A stretch of 64,000 nt of DNA from the IMG/VR virus record IMGVR_UViG_3300003663_000013. One strand, 5' to 3'. Below, in pieces: positions 24,672 to 35,766 of the stretch. This stretch comes from a virus. Positions within the stretch are counted from its first letter, which is position 1, and each line of letters begins with the position of its first letter. The position numbers and the translations under genes are program-made. Below the pieces are notes generated by a model. The model did no database searches and was not told where the DNA came from. It saw only the letters and a program-made list of their open reading frames with translations.

Positions 24672-27600
24672 TAAAAAATTGGATTGAAGATAATTTACTA
24701 GATGTTCAGTGGATTGACGACAATGTCTTTGAAATAATTAATATTGGCAGATTTTTAGTTGTTTCAGAAAAAGACATTGTCTTTGATCAAGAAATGGATC
24801 TAATATTAGATCATGGAGAAGAGTCTATTGATATAGATTTTTATTGTTTTAAATTTGGAGAACAATATTATTACACGGATAGTATCAAGATCAAAAAATT
24901 AAAGCCATTAAAGTATTTAGGTAAATATAGAGATGAATTACAAATATCGAATCCTCCTTTTTTAGGAATACATGGAGGATACGAACTCTTAAATGGAAGT
25001 CGAATTTACATAGATTGGATTCAAAAAGCTAAATTTCTTGACATAAATACATTAGGGATTGTTGAAAAGAATACATTGGCAGGCGTATTAAAATTTCAAC
25101 TTGCTTGTCAAGACAACAACATCACTCCTATTATTGGAGAACAAGTAGTAGTTAAAGACGGTGACGACTTATTGCAATTTAAATGTTATGTGAAAAACGA
25201 GATTGGTTGGAAGAATCTTTTAACTATAAACAAGATTATAAACATCGTTAACCATGGATTTATATTAAGAGGTGATTTTTTGAATCTTGTTGAAGGGATA
25301 AGTGTAGTTGTTGATTGTAAATACACCCCTTATAATAAAATAAGAACATATCACTCTACCATTAGTGACTTATATTATCAAATAGATAGTGTTGAATTTA
25401 AAAACAATGAAAAAGATCAAGAATATTTATTGAATTTACAGAAGTTTGTTAAACAGAAAGATATAAAACCTGTTTTAATATCAGATGCTTATTATTTGGA
25501 TAAAAGCGATATTGATGCTAAAAGTATTTTAAATAATATAAGTAACGTAAGAGATTTCAAGAGCGAGGATCAGTATTTTAAAACTATAGAAGATAATTAC
25601 TCATCTCTTTCATCACTATTCTCTGATGAAAATGAATTTATTGAAGTATTTGGTGATGCTTTAAACAATGTTATTGAATTATCTAAAGAATGTGTTTTCC
25701 AGATTCAAACTGATATTAAATATCTACCAGAATATTTAATGACTGATGAAGAAGTAGAAAAGTATGGTGATAAAGAAACTATGTTTTGGGCATTAGTAGA
25801 GGAGGGTTTAAAAAACAAAATAAAAGACGATGATTTAGACAAATACTTAGATAGAATTAATGAGGAGTATGATACAATATCTTTAGTGCAATCCGAATTT
25901 GGGAATGGAGTTGATTATTTTCTCATTTCACAAGACATTGTAAAATATTGTAATGAAAATAATATTTTAGTTGGATTAGGTAGAGGTTCTGCAGCAGGTA
26001 GCTTTTTAGCTTATTTATTAGACATCACTAAAATTAATCCCTTTGATTATGACCTACTCTTTTCTAGGTTTTTAAATAAAGGACGTGTGGAGAAAGGGAG
26101 TCTTCCTGATGTAGATTTAGATTTTGAAGGATTGAAGAGAAGTAAAGTTAAGCATTATCTTGAAGAAAAATACGGACAAGATAATGTGTGTTCTGTAGGA
26201 ACATATACGACTTTACAATTAAGAGCAGCTTTTAAGGATATAGCAAGACAGAGAGGAATAGATCATAAGACAGCTAATTTTATAAGTGAAGGTATTGATA
26301 CAGATAGAGGAGATTGGGTAGATGTTTTTAAATTAGCTCAAGAAAAGCAGCCTTTAAAGAATTTTATTCTAAGACATCCTGATATTATAGAAGATATTCA
26401 ATTAATATTAAAGCAACCTAGATCAGCATCTGTACATGCCTGTGCAATGATTATAACGCCTCAAAATAAAACTATATATGAGTATATTCCTGTTAGAATA
26501 GGAGAAAAAGATGGTGAAGAAATAATTGTTAGCGAATGGGAAGGTGGTGAATTAGAAAAAGCAGGATTTTTAAAAGAAGACATTTTAGGGATAAGACAAT
26601 TAGATAAATACTCTTTTATATTGGATTTGATTAAGAAGCAAACGGGAGAGAATGTTAGCATTTATGATACACCACTGGATGTCGACGGAGTTTATGAATT
26701 ATTTCAACAAGGTAACAATGGAGATGTTTTTCACTTTGGAAGTCACGGTTTGACTCAATATTGTAAAGAATTAAAACCAGAAACTATACATGATCTAATT
26801 GCAGGTATTGCTTTATATAGACCTGGTTCGATGGAGATTAATTCCCACAATGAATACATCTTTAGGAAAGAAGGATCTTCTCCGATATCATATAGATGGG
26901 GAACGGAAGAGATCCTTAAAGATACTTATGGCTTAATTGTTTACCAGGAACAAGTAATGAAGATAGTTAGTCAATTAGCTGATTTTAGTTTAATAGATGC
27001 TGATGAGATTAGGAGAGCTATGGGTAAGAAAATTAAAGATGTTATTGATAAATATGAAGATCAATTTATTAGTAAGGTTATAGAGAAAGGTTGTCCTGAA
27101 GATGAAGCTAAGACGATTTGGCATGAGTTAGAAGTACAGTCTAAATATACTTTTAATAGAAGTCACGCAGCATCTTATGCGATTACTGGTTATATTGGCC
27201 AGTGGCTAAAATACCATTATCCTTTACAATATTGGACTGCTGCTTTTCAATTTGATGATCCAAACCCAAAGAAAAGTAACTTAGGTAGATATATAAGTGA
27301 AATAAGAAGAACAGATAATTTCATTAAAATAATGCCTCCTGAAATAAATGAATCTGGAGAAACCTTCACTTCTAATTATGAAAAGATGGAATTATACTGG
27401 TCTATTACAAGAGTAAAACAATTAGGTGAAAAGGCTCTTCAAAGCATAATGGAAGAAAGAAACAAGAACGGTGAGTTCTTTAGTTTAGAAGATTTTTTAA
27501 ATAGAACAGAGAAAAGAGTTGTAAATAAAGCAGTAGTAATTAATCTTATCCTAAGTGGTTCTTTTGATGCAATAGAAAACATAAAAATAGAAAGAGACCG

Positions 27601-28072
27601 TAAGATTTTAATCAATAAATATTATGAATTCTCAGGAACTAAGAGAGATAAAGAAGATGAATTCTTATTAGACCATCCTAATTACTGGTGGCAGATAAAA
27701 CAAAAAGAAATATGTGGATTTGGCGATATAGATTACAAGACGGTAATAACTGAAAACACAAAATTATTAGGAGATTACTGTGAAGGTTATCAAATAAAGG
27801 ATTTATCAGAGAATAAGAAGATCATAGTAGCAGGAATGATTAAAGATTTCACTATTAAAACAACTAAGAAAGACGATGAATACTGTAAATTAATATTAGA
27901 TTGTAACAATGAAGATGTTGATGTTATGGTATGGAATGAATCTTATAGAAACATACCAGAAGAAGAATTTCAAACAGGGAGAATATTTATAATGTTTGGT
28001 TCTATTGCTGAGTATAGAGGGAATAAATCAGTACATAGTTATGAAGAAAGTGAGATTTATTTTTTAAATTAA
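24668..28072 (+). CDS. dnaE: DNA polymerase III alpha-type (DnaE) replicative polymerase
   Basis: N-terminal PHP-like region, GLGRGSAAGSFLAYLLDITKINP, PDVDLDF, FNRSHAASYA and a C-terminal OB-like region. Confidence 0.85.
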   Translation: MIKNWIEDNLLDVQWIDDNVFEIINIGRFLVVSEKDIVFDQEMDLILDHGEESIDIDFYCFKFGEQYYYTDSIKIKKLKPLKYLGKYRDELQISNPPFLGIHGGYELLNGSRIYIDWIQKAKFLDINTLGIVEKNTLAGVLKFQLACQDNNITPIIGEQVVVKDGDDLLQFKCYVKNEIGWKNLLTINKIINIVNHGFILRGDFLNLVEGISVVVDCKYTPYNKIRTYHSTISDLYYQIDSVEFKNNEKDQEYLLNLQKFVKQKDIKPVLISDAYYLDKSDIDAKSILNNISNVRDFKSEDQYFKTIEDNYSSLSSLFSDENEFIEVFGDALNNVIELSKECVFQIQTDIKYLPEYLMTDEEVEKYGDKETMFWALVEEGLKNKIKDDDLDKYLDRINEEYDTISLVQSEFGNGVDYFLISQDIVKYCNENNILVGLGRGSAAGSFLAYLLDITKINPFDYDLLFSRFLNKGRVEKGSLPDVDLDFEGLKRSKVKHYLEEKYGQDNVCSVGTYTTLQLRAAFKDIARQRGIDHKTANFISEGIDTDRGDWVDVFKLAQEKQPLKNFILRHPDIIEDIQLILKQPRSASVHACAMIITPQNKTIYEYIPVRIGEKDGEEIIVSEWEGGELEKAGFLKEDILGIRQLDKYSFILDLIKKQTGENVSIYDTPLDVDGVYELFQQGNNGDVFHFGSHGLTQYCKELKPETIHDLIAGIALYRPGSMEINSHNEYIFRKEGSSPISYRWGTEEILKDTYGLIVYQEQVMKIVSQLADFSLIDADEIRRAMGKKIKDVIDKYEDQFISKVIEKGCPEDEAKTIWHELEVQSKYTFNRSHAASYAITGYIGQWLKYHYPLQYWTAAFQFDDPNPKKSNLGRYISEIRRTDNFIKIMPPEINESGETFTSNYEKMELYWSITRVKQLGEKALQSIMEERNKNGEFFSLEDFLNRTEKRVVNKAVVINLILSGSFDAIENIKIERDRKILINKYYEFSGTKRDKEDEFLLDHPNYWWQIKQKEICGFGDIDYKTVITENTKLLGDYCEGYQIKDLSENKKIIVAGMIKDFTIKTTKKDDEYCKLILDCNNEDVDVMVWNESYRNIPEEEFQTGRIFIMFGSIAEYRGNKSVHSYEESEIYFLN

Positions 28073-28111
28073 AATATATTTTCTATATTTAATTAAATAC
28101 AAACTTAAACA

Positions 28112-28633
28112 ATGGAAGAGAAAACAACTTATGTTCATCTTGCACGTAAAATTGCTGCAATAAAACCTACAGATTGGGACTATAGCTTTGATCCAGACGA
28201 AATATTCAAAATAGATCCTTACAATATTTTTGGAGAAATCATCACTATTCCTGTATTAATAAACAGATTAGGTGTATTAGCAGCAGAGATGAAATCTTAT
28301 GTGAAAGAAGAGGAATTTAGATTAAATGAAAAAGAAGCTAAAGTAAGACAATTATTTAGACAAGGGTTCGATAAAAAACCAACTGTACAAGAAACAGAAG
28401 ACCATCTAACTTTAGATCCTATTATTAAAGGAATGAGATTGAAACTAATTAAACTAAAGAAAGAATTAGAGACAATAGAAAACATGCACGAATCAGCAAA
28501 AGAAAAGTCTTTTAAATTGAATTATTTAGGTAAGAACTTAACACCAGAAGAATTTGAAAAAGATATAATTGAAGGAACAATAAATGGAATAACAATTAAA
28601 TTAACAGATAAAAGAAGTAGATTAAACAATTAA
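28112..28633 (+). CDS. hypothetical protein (coiled-coil)
   Basis: 173-aa ORF downstream of an AT-rich promoter-like gap. Confidence 0.5.
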   Translation: MEEKTTYVHLARKIAAIKPTDWDYSFDPDEIFKIDPYNIFGEIITIPVLINRLGVLAAEMKSYVKEEEFRLNEKEAKVRQLFRQGFDKKPTVQETEDHLTLDPIIKGMRLKLIKLKKELETIENMHESAKEKSFKLNYLGKNLTPEEFEKDIIEGTINGITIKLTDKRSRLNN

Positions 28634-28644
28634 ATTAAAGAAAG

Positions 28645-29970
28645 ATGAGCAGTACATTAGACAAAATCAGAGAAATGCGCCAAAGTGCGAAACAAGAAGA
28701 AGTAAAATACTTCAGTTCAAAAAGTTCAGGTAAAAACCTAAGACCAAGTGACCTTGATGAAGGAAAGAATTATTTTAGAATTGCACCAAGTCATGATCCT
28801 GAAAAGAATCCAAGTCCTTTCTATCCTTTTAGAAGTACATACTTAGAGGTAGAATTAGGAATTGATGATTTAAGTTCATGGAACATTGACAAATTAATTG
28901 GTGAGAAATCACTAATGAAACAACTTGGTATTGAAAAGCTTAGTGAATTGTCTGAAATGGACGATGACAAGGTAAAAGCTAAGTTAAAATCAATTTTAGG
29001 AGACGATTTTAAGTATAAAGTAACTAAGAGATTATTTATTTCAACTCTACATGGTAAAGAAGGAGATCAAGACTTAGTAGAGGAATACATTAAGTTCGTA
29101 GTGAAGAAAATAAATGATGAGGTTGGAGACAGAGATGAAGCAAGAAAACAACTTTCTCCTATTTTTGGATGGAGAGATAAGAGTGGTAAGTGGAATCCAG
29201 GAATAACACCAAGTACTTCTTATGTATTTTATGCTTGGGATTGGAAATCTTCAGACAAAAACTTTTTTAAAATCGAAATCTATGATAAAATGATGGATAA
29301 GATTGAAGAATTGTATGTTAAATTTGATGATCCAGACCAACCTCTTACAGTAGATCCATTTAGCCACCCGACTGAAGGCATAGGAATTATTATTGATAAA
29401 AATAAGAACGAAAAAGGTAAGTGGGATTTTGTTATTTCAGATGTTCCTATGACACGTAGTTTTAAGAATTATGCTGAATTTGCAAAGTATTTTGAATTAG
29501 GTGAAGCACAATTAAAACAACTTGAAGAAGCCAAACCACTTGCAGAACAATTTGGAAGAGGTGTTTTCAAACGTTCAGATTTTGAATTACAATTGAATGG
29601 ATTAGTTCTATTTGATGAAAAATATGGGTTTAATGCTTTTGAAAATGATGATTTCTTAGAAACAGTTGAACAGATTTCTAATCAATTTGAAGAAGAACAA
29701 ACACCACACAATCCACTTACAGGTGAAGGTAAAGCTCCAGAGAAGAAAAAAGAGAAAGTTGAAGAAACTGAAACAGCAGAAGAAGACGAAGAAAGCAGTG
29801 GAGATAAATCTTTTGACGAATTAATGGATAGTAAACCAGGAAAATTAAGAAGTGAAGAGAAGCCAAAGACAGAAGTTCCTGACGGTTCTATTAAAGAAAA
29901 TAAATCAACTAAATCACCTGATTTAGAAGATAAATTAGCTAAGTTGCGTAAGAATTTATCTAAGAAATAA
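28645..29970 (+). CDS. hypothetical protein, possible ssDNA-binding protein (acidic C-terminal tail)
   Basis: 441 aa with a long E/D/K-rich C-terminus, located in the replication module. The functional call is weak. Confidence 0.5.
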   Translation: MSSTLDKIREMRQSAKQEEVKYFSSKSSGKNLRPSDLDEGKNYFRIAPSHDPEKNPSPFYPFRSTYLEVELGIDDLSSWNIDKLIGEKSLMKQLGIEKLSELSEMDDDKVKAKLKSILGDDFKYKVTKRLFISTLHGKEGDQDLVEEYIKFVVKKINDEVGDRDEARKQLSPIFGWRDKSGKWNPGITPSTSYVFYAWDWKSSDKNFFKIEIYDKMMDKIEELYVKFDDPDQPLTVDPFSHPTEGIGIIIDKNKNEKGKWDFVISDVPMTRSFKNYAEFAKYFELGEAQLKQLEEAKPLAEQFGRGVFKRSDFELQLNGLVLFDEKYGFNAFENDDFLETVEQISNQFEEEQTPHNPLTGEGKAPEKKKEKVEETETAEEDEESSGDKSFDELMDSKPGKLRSEEKPKTEVPDGSIKENKSTKSPDLEDKLAKLRKNLSKK

Positions 29971-29980
29971 TTAACTTACT

Positions 29981-30019
29981 GAGAGTGGTTAATCTACCAC
30001 TCTCTTTAATCTTTTTTTT
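29981..30019 (+). terminator. rho-independent terminator
   Basis: Perfect 8-bp stem GAGAGTGG / CCACTCTC with an 8-nt loop, followed by a T-rich tract. Confidence 0.7.
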
Positions 30020-30022
30020 AAA

Positions 30023-30160
30023 ATGTTAAGTATAGGAGAATTTTTAGAATTATATCCTGAATTAGATCAGTATGATCGTAGGATAAAAGAATTAGCATAT
30101 GAATGTTATATCGAAGACATGGATTTTGATATAGATGAATTTATAAAAAGTATAAGTTAG
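30023..30160 (+). CDS. small acidic hypothetical protein
   Basis: 45-aa ORF (translated by eye) that ends immediately before the ATG at 30161. Confidence 0.35.
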   Translation: MLSIGEFLELYPELDQYDRRIKELAYECYIEDMDFDIDEFIKSIS

Positions 30161-31219
30161 ATGAAAAAACCATTAGTATTATTTTCTACTGATTGGCATA
30201 TAAAGCCCAATAATACAGAACAAATAATAGACTTAGTAAAGCAAAAAATAAAAGTAGCTTTAGATAACTCTATTAAAACATTAATTGTATTAGGAGATAT
30301 ATTTCAATCACGTCAAGCACAACCACTTATTGTTTTAAAGTGTTTTGAAAAGATATTAGATTTAGTTCATGAAGCAGAATTAGAACTATGGTGCATATCT
30401 GGAAATCATGACAAGACTGATTATACAAGTCAAGATTCATTCTTAGATCAATTTCAGTGGCATCCTGCTTTAAAACTTATTAGAGTATTTGAAGTAGAGC
30501 AAATAGGAGACTGGTTATTTTATTTTCTTCCTTATTTTGAAACAGAAATATGGAAAGAAATGATTGTTTCTTTTGAAAAATTAGGGATTAAATCAGATAA
30601 GAAAATATTGTGTTCTCATCAAGCCATTAATGGTTCTGTAAATAATGATGGAAGTAAAGTAAACAATGGAATAGAACCAAACGCATTAGATGAGTTTTAT
30701 AAAGTGTTTTTAGGGCATTATCACAATCAACAGAAGATAAGTGGTCATATTTATCATTTACCTTCTATTCAATCAAATAACTTTGGAGAAGATAATGAAA
30801 AGGGTTTCACTATTTTATATGACGATGGAAGTCACGAATTAATACAAAGTGAATTTAAACAATATTACACTATTGATATTGATTTAGATAAATTAAACAA
30901 AGACGAATTAAACGGTATTAAGAAGGATGCTAATGAATTAATAAAAGAAGCGGGAGCGAATATAAGATTTAAATTTAAAGGCTCAGAAGACAAGATAAAA
31001 GCCATTAAACAAGAAGAATTTACAGCATTAGGAATAGATGTTAAAAAAGAACATAAATCAGTAACAGATTCTATTGAAAAAGCAGTAACAGGAGAAGTAA
31101 TGGTTTATAACAATGATATTATTATAAAGAAATTTGAAGAGTTTTGTATAGAAGAAGAATATGATAATGTTGAATACGGTAAGAGTTGTTTAATTAAAAA
31201 GTTAAAAGAAAATGAATAA
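30161..31219 (+). CDS. SbcD/Mre11-type nuclease (metallophosphoesterase)
   Basis: Motifs STDWH, LGDIFQSR, SGNHD and GHYH. Lies two genes upstream of the SbcC-like ATPase, with recA between them. Confidence 0.75.
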   Translation: MKKPLVLFSTDWHIKPNNTEQIIDLVKQKIKVALDNSIKTLIVLGDIFQSRQAQPLIVLKCFEKILDLVHEAELELWCISGNHDKTDYTSQDSFLDQFQWHPALKLIRVFEVEQIGDWLFYFLPYFETEIWKEMIVSFEKLGIKSDKKILCSHQAINGSVNNDGSKVNNGIEPNALDEFYKVFLGHYHNQQKISGHIYHLPSIQSNNFGEDNEKGFTILYDDGSHELIQSEFKQYYTIDIDLDKLNKDELNGIKKDANELIKEAGANIRFKFKGSEDKIKAIKQEEFTALGIDVKKEHKSVTDSIEKAVTGEVMVYNNDIIIKKFEEFCIEEEYDNVEYGKSCLIKKLKENE

Positions 31220-32192
31220 AGAAGGAATACAAAGTGTTTTAGATAATATAGATAAAAAATTTGGTGAAGGAACTATTTCACGTAAACTAATAGATGTCCC
31301 AAGAGTAAGTAGTGGGTGTTTAAGTTTAGACTTAGCATTGGGCGGTGGTTATCCTAATGGTAGAATAATAGAAATAATGGGTTGGGAATCAAGTGGCAAG
31401 TCGACCTTAGCACTACATCTTGCAGCAGAAGTTCAGAAATTAGGTAAAAGAGTTGGTTATATAGATACAGAACATTCTTTAGATTTATTCTATGCTTCTC
31501 AATTAGGAGTAAATGTAGATATTGAATCAACAGACCCTAAATTTGTTATGTCACAACCTGATAATGGTGAACAAGCAATGGAAGTGGCTCGTGCTTTTAT
31601 TAATAGTGGAGAATTCGGATTAGTGGTAATAGATAGTGTTTCTGGATTGGTTCCTAAAGCATTATTACAGGGTGATGTTGGAGATGTAAAGATGGCAACA
31701 ATAGCACGTTTGATGTCTCAATGGGTTCCTGCTTTGACTTCTCCTGCTAATAAAACAAATTGTATAGTGTTGTTTATTTCTCAATATAGAGAAAAAATTG
31801 GAGTTATGTTTGGCTCCCCCATTACTACAACAGGTGGTAATGCTTTGAAGTTTTATGCTTCTCAAAGATTGGAAATTTCAAGAATAGGTCAAAACAAAAA
31901 TGGTGATGAAATATTGAGCAATAAATCACGTGTAAAAGTTATTAAAAATAAAGTATCTCCACCATTTCGTAAAGCGGAATTTGATATTGAATTTGGTACA
32001 GGTATTAACACTATTGGAGATGTATTAGACTTAGCTGTTGAATTAGATATTGTTAAAAAAGCTGGTAGTTGGTATAGTTATGAAGAAACTAAATTAGGAC
32101 AAGGAAGACAATCAGTTATAGAATTATTAAAAGACAATCCTGAAATTGTTCAGGAAGTAGAAGAAAAAGTTAGAAAAGAATTAAATTTATAG
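31212..32192 (+). CDS. recA: RecA recombinase
   Basis: Near-collinear with bacterial RecA: KKFGEGTISR, SSGCLSLDLALGGGYPNGRIIEIMGWESSGKSTLALH, and L1/L2-like regions. Confidence 0.85.
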   Translation: MNKEGIQSVLDNIDKKFGEGTISRKLIDVPRVSSGCLSLDLALGGGYPNGRIIEIMGWESSGKSTLALHLAAEVQKLGKRVGYIDTEHSLDLFYASQLGVNVDIESTDPKFVMSQPDNGEQAMEVARAFINSGEFGLVVIDSVSGLVPKALLQGDVGDVKMATIARLMSQWVPALTSPANKTNCIVLFISQYREKIGVMFGSPITTTGGNALKFYASQRLEISRIGQNKNGDEILSNKSRVKVIKNKVSPPFRKAEFDIEFGTGINTIGDVLDLAVELDIVKKAGSWYSYEETKLGQGRQSVIELLKDNPEIVQEVEEKVRKELNL

Positions 32193-32195
32193 TCT

Positions 32196-34196
32196 ATGTG
32201 GCAGCCTAGAGAACTTATTTTAGAGAATTTTCGGTCGTTTAAAGAACAAACCTTTGAGTTTAAGAAAGGTGCTTTTTTAATTCAAGGTATTAATAATACA
32301 GATGACGGTTCTGAATCGAACGGTTCAGGTAAATCTTCTTTACGTGAGGCACTTTGCTTTGTATTGGGATTACCAACTTTTAGTGACACTAATACGGATC
32401 TTATTAATAATAATGCTGATAAATGTAAGGTAGAATTTCACTTATTTAATTCTTTAACAAAAGATGATTTATTGATTATAAGAGAATTACCACTTAAAGG
32501 TAGTTCTATGGTTACTATAATATTAAATGGAATAGATCAAAAAGATCAATTTGCAACAGTAAGAGATGGTGATAAATTAATTATTGACTTAATTGGTATT
32601 AGTAAAGAAGATTTATTAAATCATTATATTGTAAGTAAAGAAAAGTTTACCTCTTTCTTTTCTTCTTCTGATACTAAAATTAAAGAACTTATTAGTAGAT
32701 TTAGTAATTTTAATAAGTTTGATGGTGTTGAAGATATTGTTCAAATAGATATTGATTTTTTAAATGAAGAACTAAAAATATTAAATGATGGATTACAAAA
32801 ATATGAAGGTAAAATTGAATATTTAAAAGAAGAGTTAATAAAAGAGAAGGAAAAGGATGTAGAAGAGGAAATAAGTAGTCAAATATCGAAGATTAATGGC
32901 GAGATAAGTAATTATATTAAATCAATTGAAGATGCGAGAGAAACTATTCAAAACAAGAAAAATAAGATATTTGAATTAAAAGGTAGAATTCCTATTCATG
33001 AAGCTAAAAAAGAAACCTTAGAGAAAGAACTTAAATCATTACAAGAAATTAAGTTTGACGATGAGATTAAGCAAATAGAAAAAAAGAAGGAAAAAGCAGT
33101 AGAACAGAAAGATATTATCAATCAAGAGATTTATAGTATAGAAACTCAATTAAAAGAGTTTAATAAATTTAAGATTGAGATTGAAACAGCAATTGAAGGT
33201 TCTATTCAGTGCCCTAAATGTTTTCATGAGTTTATTCCCAATAATGAAATTTCTATTGAAGAAGCTAAAAAGACTTTGCCCACTGTTTTAAAAGAAATCG
33301 AAGAATTTAACACTAATATTAAAAATAATTCAAGTAAAATTAGTAAAATTCAAGAGATTTTATCTAAATTGAATGAGAATTTAAGTAGTTATGAACAGAA
33401 AATCAGTGATTTTAACAAACACAAGAATAATTTATTAAATAAAATAGATGATTGTGATACTGAAATTTATAATATAAGTCGATCTATAAGCAATATTACT
33501 GGTGAAATCTCTTCTATTGAAGATAGGATTGTTCATTATAACAAAATGATTGAACAAAAGAAACAATCTATTGAAGAAATAAAGAAGCAAGAAGTTAAGA
33601 CCAAAGAAGAAGAAATCAATAAATCAATAGACAGTCTCATTGAAGAAAAATCTAAACATGAATTAAAGATTGAAGAAAAGAAAGATCAAATATTTGAAAA
33701 AGAACAGTGGGTCTTTAGATTTAAGAAATTTCGCAGTAAATTAGCGAATGAATCTTTAGATATTATACAAGGGTATGCTAATATGTATTTAGAGAACATG
33801 AAAACCAACTTAAATGTTAAAATAGAAGGATTTAGACAAAATAGAGATGGTTCTATACGTGAAAAGATTAATCCTATTGTTTTAAGAAATGGTATTCAGG
33901 AGGGTTCTGGTAACTTTAAAAAATACAGTGGAGGAGAGAGAGGAAAGATTGATATTGCAACCAGTGTATTAGCTGTTCAAACTCTTATTAATAATTCTTG
34001 TCATACAGGAGGATTGAATCTTACTTTTATAGATGAAGTATTAGAATCAGTAGACTCTCAAGGATTAGAAAGTATTGTAGAGAGTGTTGATAACCCTAAT
34101 ACTCATTTTATGGTTATTTCTCACGTAAGACATGATAAAGTTCATAATAATGTAATAACGGTTGAAAAAACTAATAATGTAAGTAAAATAATATAA
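32196..34196 (+). CDS. SbcC/Rad50-type ATPase
   Basis: Walker A NGSGKSS, a long coiled coil with a CPKC hook, signature YSGGERG and Walker B LTFIDEV. Confidence 0.75.
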   Translation: MWQPRELILENFRSFKEQTFEFKKGAFLIQGINNTDDGSESNGSGKSSLREALCFVLGLPTFSDTNTDLINNNADKCKVEFHLFNSLTKDDLLIIRELPLKGSSMVTIILNGIDQKDQFATVRDGDKLIIDLIGISKEDLLNHYIVSKEKFTSFFSSSDTKIKELISRFSNFNKFDGVEDIVQIDIDFLNEELKILNDGLQKYEGKIEYLKEELIKEKEKDVEEEISSQISKINGEISNYIKSIEDARETIQNKKNKIFELKGRIPIHEAKKETLEKELKSLQEIKFDDEIKQIEKKKEKAVEQKDIINQEIYSIETQLKEFNKFKIEIETAIEGSIQCPKCFHEFIPNNEISIEEAKKTLPTVLKEIEEFNTNIKNNSSKISKIQEILSKLNENLSSYEQKISDFNKHKNNLLNKIDDCDTEIYNISRSISNITGEISSIEDRIVHYNKMIEQKKQSIEEIKKQEVKTKEEEINKSIDSLIEEKSKHELKIEEKKDQIFEKEQWVFRFKKFRSKLANESLDIIQGYANMYLENMKTNLNVKIEGFRQNRDGSIREKINPIVLRNGIQEGSGNFKKYSGGERGKIDIATSVLAVQTLINNSCHTGGLNLTFIDEVLESVDSQGLESIVESVDNPNTHFMVISHVRHDKVHNNVITVEKTNNVSKII

Positions 34197-34198
34197 TT

Positions 34199-34528
34199 AT
34201 GAAATTTAAATGTGATAATAAAGATTGTATGCTTTATAATAAAACAGAATTCAACTATCCTGTTGTTAAGATAAAGTATAAGGAACAAGGTAAAATTTAT
34301 ACCTTTGAAAATGGTAATGAGATTATTTGTCCTAATTGCGGTAAACCTTTATCTTATATTGAAGAATTTAAAGGGTATGGTAAGTGGTTAGGTTCTTTTG
34401 ATTCAAGAACTCCTCAAGAAAAGAAGGAGATTCTTAAAAAAAGAGCAAGACAACATGACAAAACAGATAAAAAACTTAAAGAATATAAACAATACCTCGA
34501 TAACGGAGGAACTAATACAAAATATTAA
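34199..34528 (+). CDS. Zn-ribbon protein
   Basis: CDNKDC...CPNC pairs. Confidence 0.45.
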   Translation: MKFKCDNKDCMLYNKTEFNYPVVKIKYKEQGKIYTFENGNEIICPNCGKPLSYIEEFKGYGKWLGSFDSRTPQEKKEILKKRARQHDKTDKKLKEYKQYLDNGGTNTKY

Positions 34529-34530
34529 TT

Positions 34531-34842
34531 ATGTTAAAAAAAGAACAATTGGAACTCATAGCAGTTCTTAATAAAAGCTACTCTAATATTATTCTTGTTA
34601 TAGACCCTACTGAAAATGTAGAATCAAGAATTTATATAGCTGGAGACTTTAGGGAAAATACAGAGAGTATTAAATATTTTTCTATTACTCACTATAAAGA
34701 CATCACTCAAATCATAGATCAAAGCTCTATGTCTTTTAATACAAGAGGTAGATTAGAAGAGATTGTAACTTCTATTGAAAACACAGAACAAGTTATCAAA
34801 GAACGTAAGTTTTGTGATAAATTTATGTGGGTTAAATTTTAA
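34531..34842 (+). CDS. hypothetical protein
   Basis: 103-aa ORF. Confidence 0.45.
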   Translation: MLKKEQLELIAVLNKSYSNIILVIDPTENVESRIYIAGDFRENTESIKYFSITHYKDITQIIDQSSMSFNTRGRLEEIVTSIENTEQVIKERKFCDKFMWVKF

Positions 34843-34869
34843 TTATATTAACTATAAAAACTAAAAATT

Positions 34870-35097
34870 ATGTGTACAAATTGTAATTACAACGTACCTT
34901 ATACGGTACAAGATTTAAAAATTGACTTCTTAAATGAAGTAGGATACAGAGCAGAAAATGAAATAGGAATGTATATTAATTGGTTAGAAGAAAGACTTGT
35001 TAATCAACGTAACTATGAACATCATGCTGAACAAGCCAATATTGAAACTACAACTGATTTAATGAATCGTAAAAAAGCAGCAGGAGAAGTATGTTAG
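34870..35097 (+). CDS. hypothetical protein
   Basis: 75-aa ORF preceded by the TTATATTAACTATAAAAA box, which also occurs before 55314. Confidence 0.45.
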   Translation: MCTNCNYNVPYTVQDLKIDFLNEVGYRAENEIGMYINWLEERLVNQRNYEHHAEQANIETTTDLMNRKKAAGEVC

Positions 35098-35648
35098 AAA
35101 CAGATAAGATATATATGGGAATAGATCCTGGTTCAGATGGATTTTGTACTTTTAATATTGGTGATGAACTTCATTTTAAACACCTGGCTGATTTTAAAGT
35201 AGGTAAAGAATGGTCTCCTTTATTGATGTTAAGTTTTTTTAAAGAATTTAAAGACTTAAATATCCATGTAGTATTAGAGGATGTTCATGCAGATGGAAGT
35301 TGGACAGGACTTACAAACTGGTCTTTAAGTCGTTGTAAGGCAATTATTGAAACATCTTTAGCTGCTTTTTCTATTCCTTATACTAATGTAAGTCCTCAAA
35401 CATGGCAAAAAGAAATGTTTCAAGGAATACGTGAAGTTCGCAAACCTTCTACTACTGTTAAAAAGAAAGACGGTACTATGTATGAAAAAAAAGGAAGACT
35501 GGATACTAAACCAATGTCAATACTTGCTTCTCAAAGACTTTTCCCTAATGTTAATTTAGCTCATGGCAAAACAGCAAGAGCTACTAAGCCACACGATGGT
35601 AAAAGTGATAGTTTATTAATGTATGAATATTGTAAAAGACATTTTTAA
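35091..35648 (+). CDS. RuvC-like Holliday junction resolvase
   Basis: N-terminal YMGIDPGSDG, a central acidic LEDV and a C-terminal DSLLM, in an RNase H-fold pattern. Confidence 0.6.
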   Translation: MLETDKIYMGIDPGSDGFCTFNIGDELHFKHLADFKVGKEWSPLLMLSFFKEFKDLNIHVVLEDVHADGSWTGLTNWSLSRCKAIIETSLAAFSIPYTNVSPQTWQKEMFQGIREVRKPSTTVKKKDGTMYEKKGRLDTKPMSILASQRLFPNVNLAHGKTARATKPHDGKSDSLLMYEYCKRHF

Positions 35649-35649
35649 T

Positions 35650-35766
35650 ATGACTAAAAAAGACGATTATTCACTCGAACAACAATTAAAAAGAGAAAGA
35701 AAAAGAGCTATTATAACTTTAATAGCTTGCGGTTTATTTATACTTTTAACTTATTTATTAACATGA
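35650..35766 (+). CDS. small single-pass membrane protein (holin/spanin-type candidate)
   Basis: 38-aa ORF (translated by eye) with a charged N-terminus and a hydrophobic C-terminus. It lies just upstream of the amidase. Confidence 0.35.
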   Translation: MTKKDDYSLEQQLKRERKRAIITLIACGLFILLTYLLT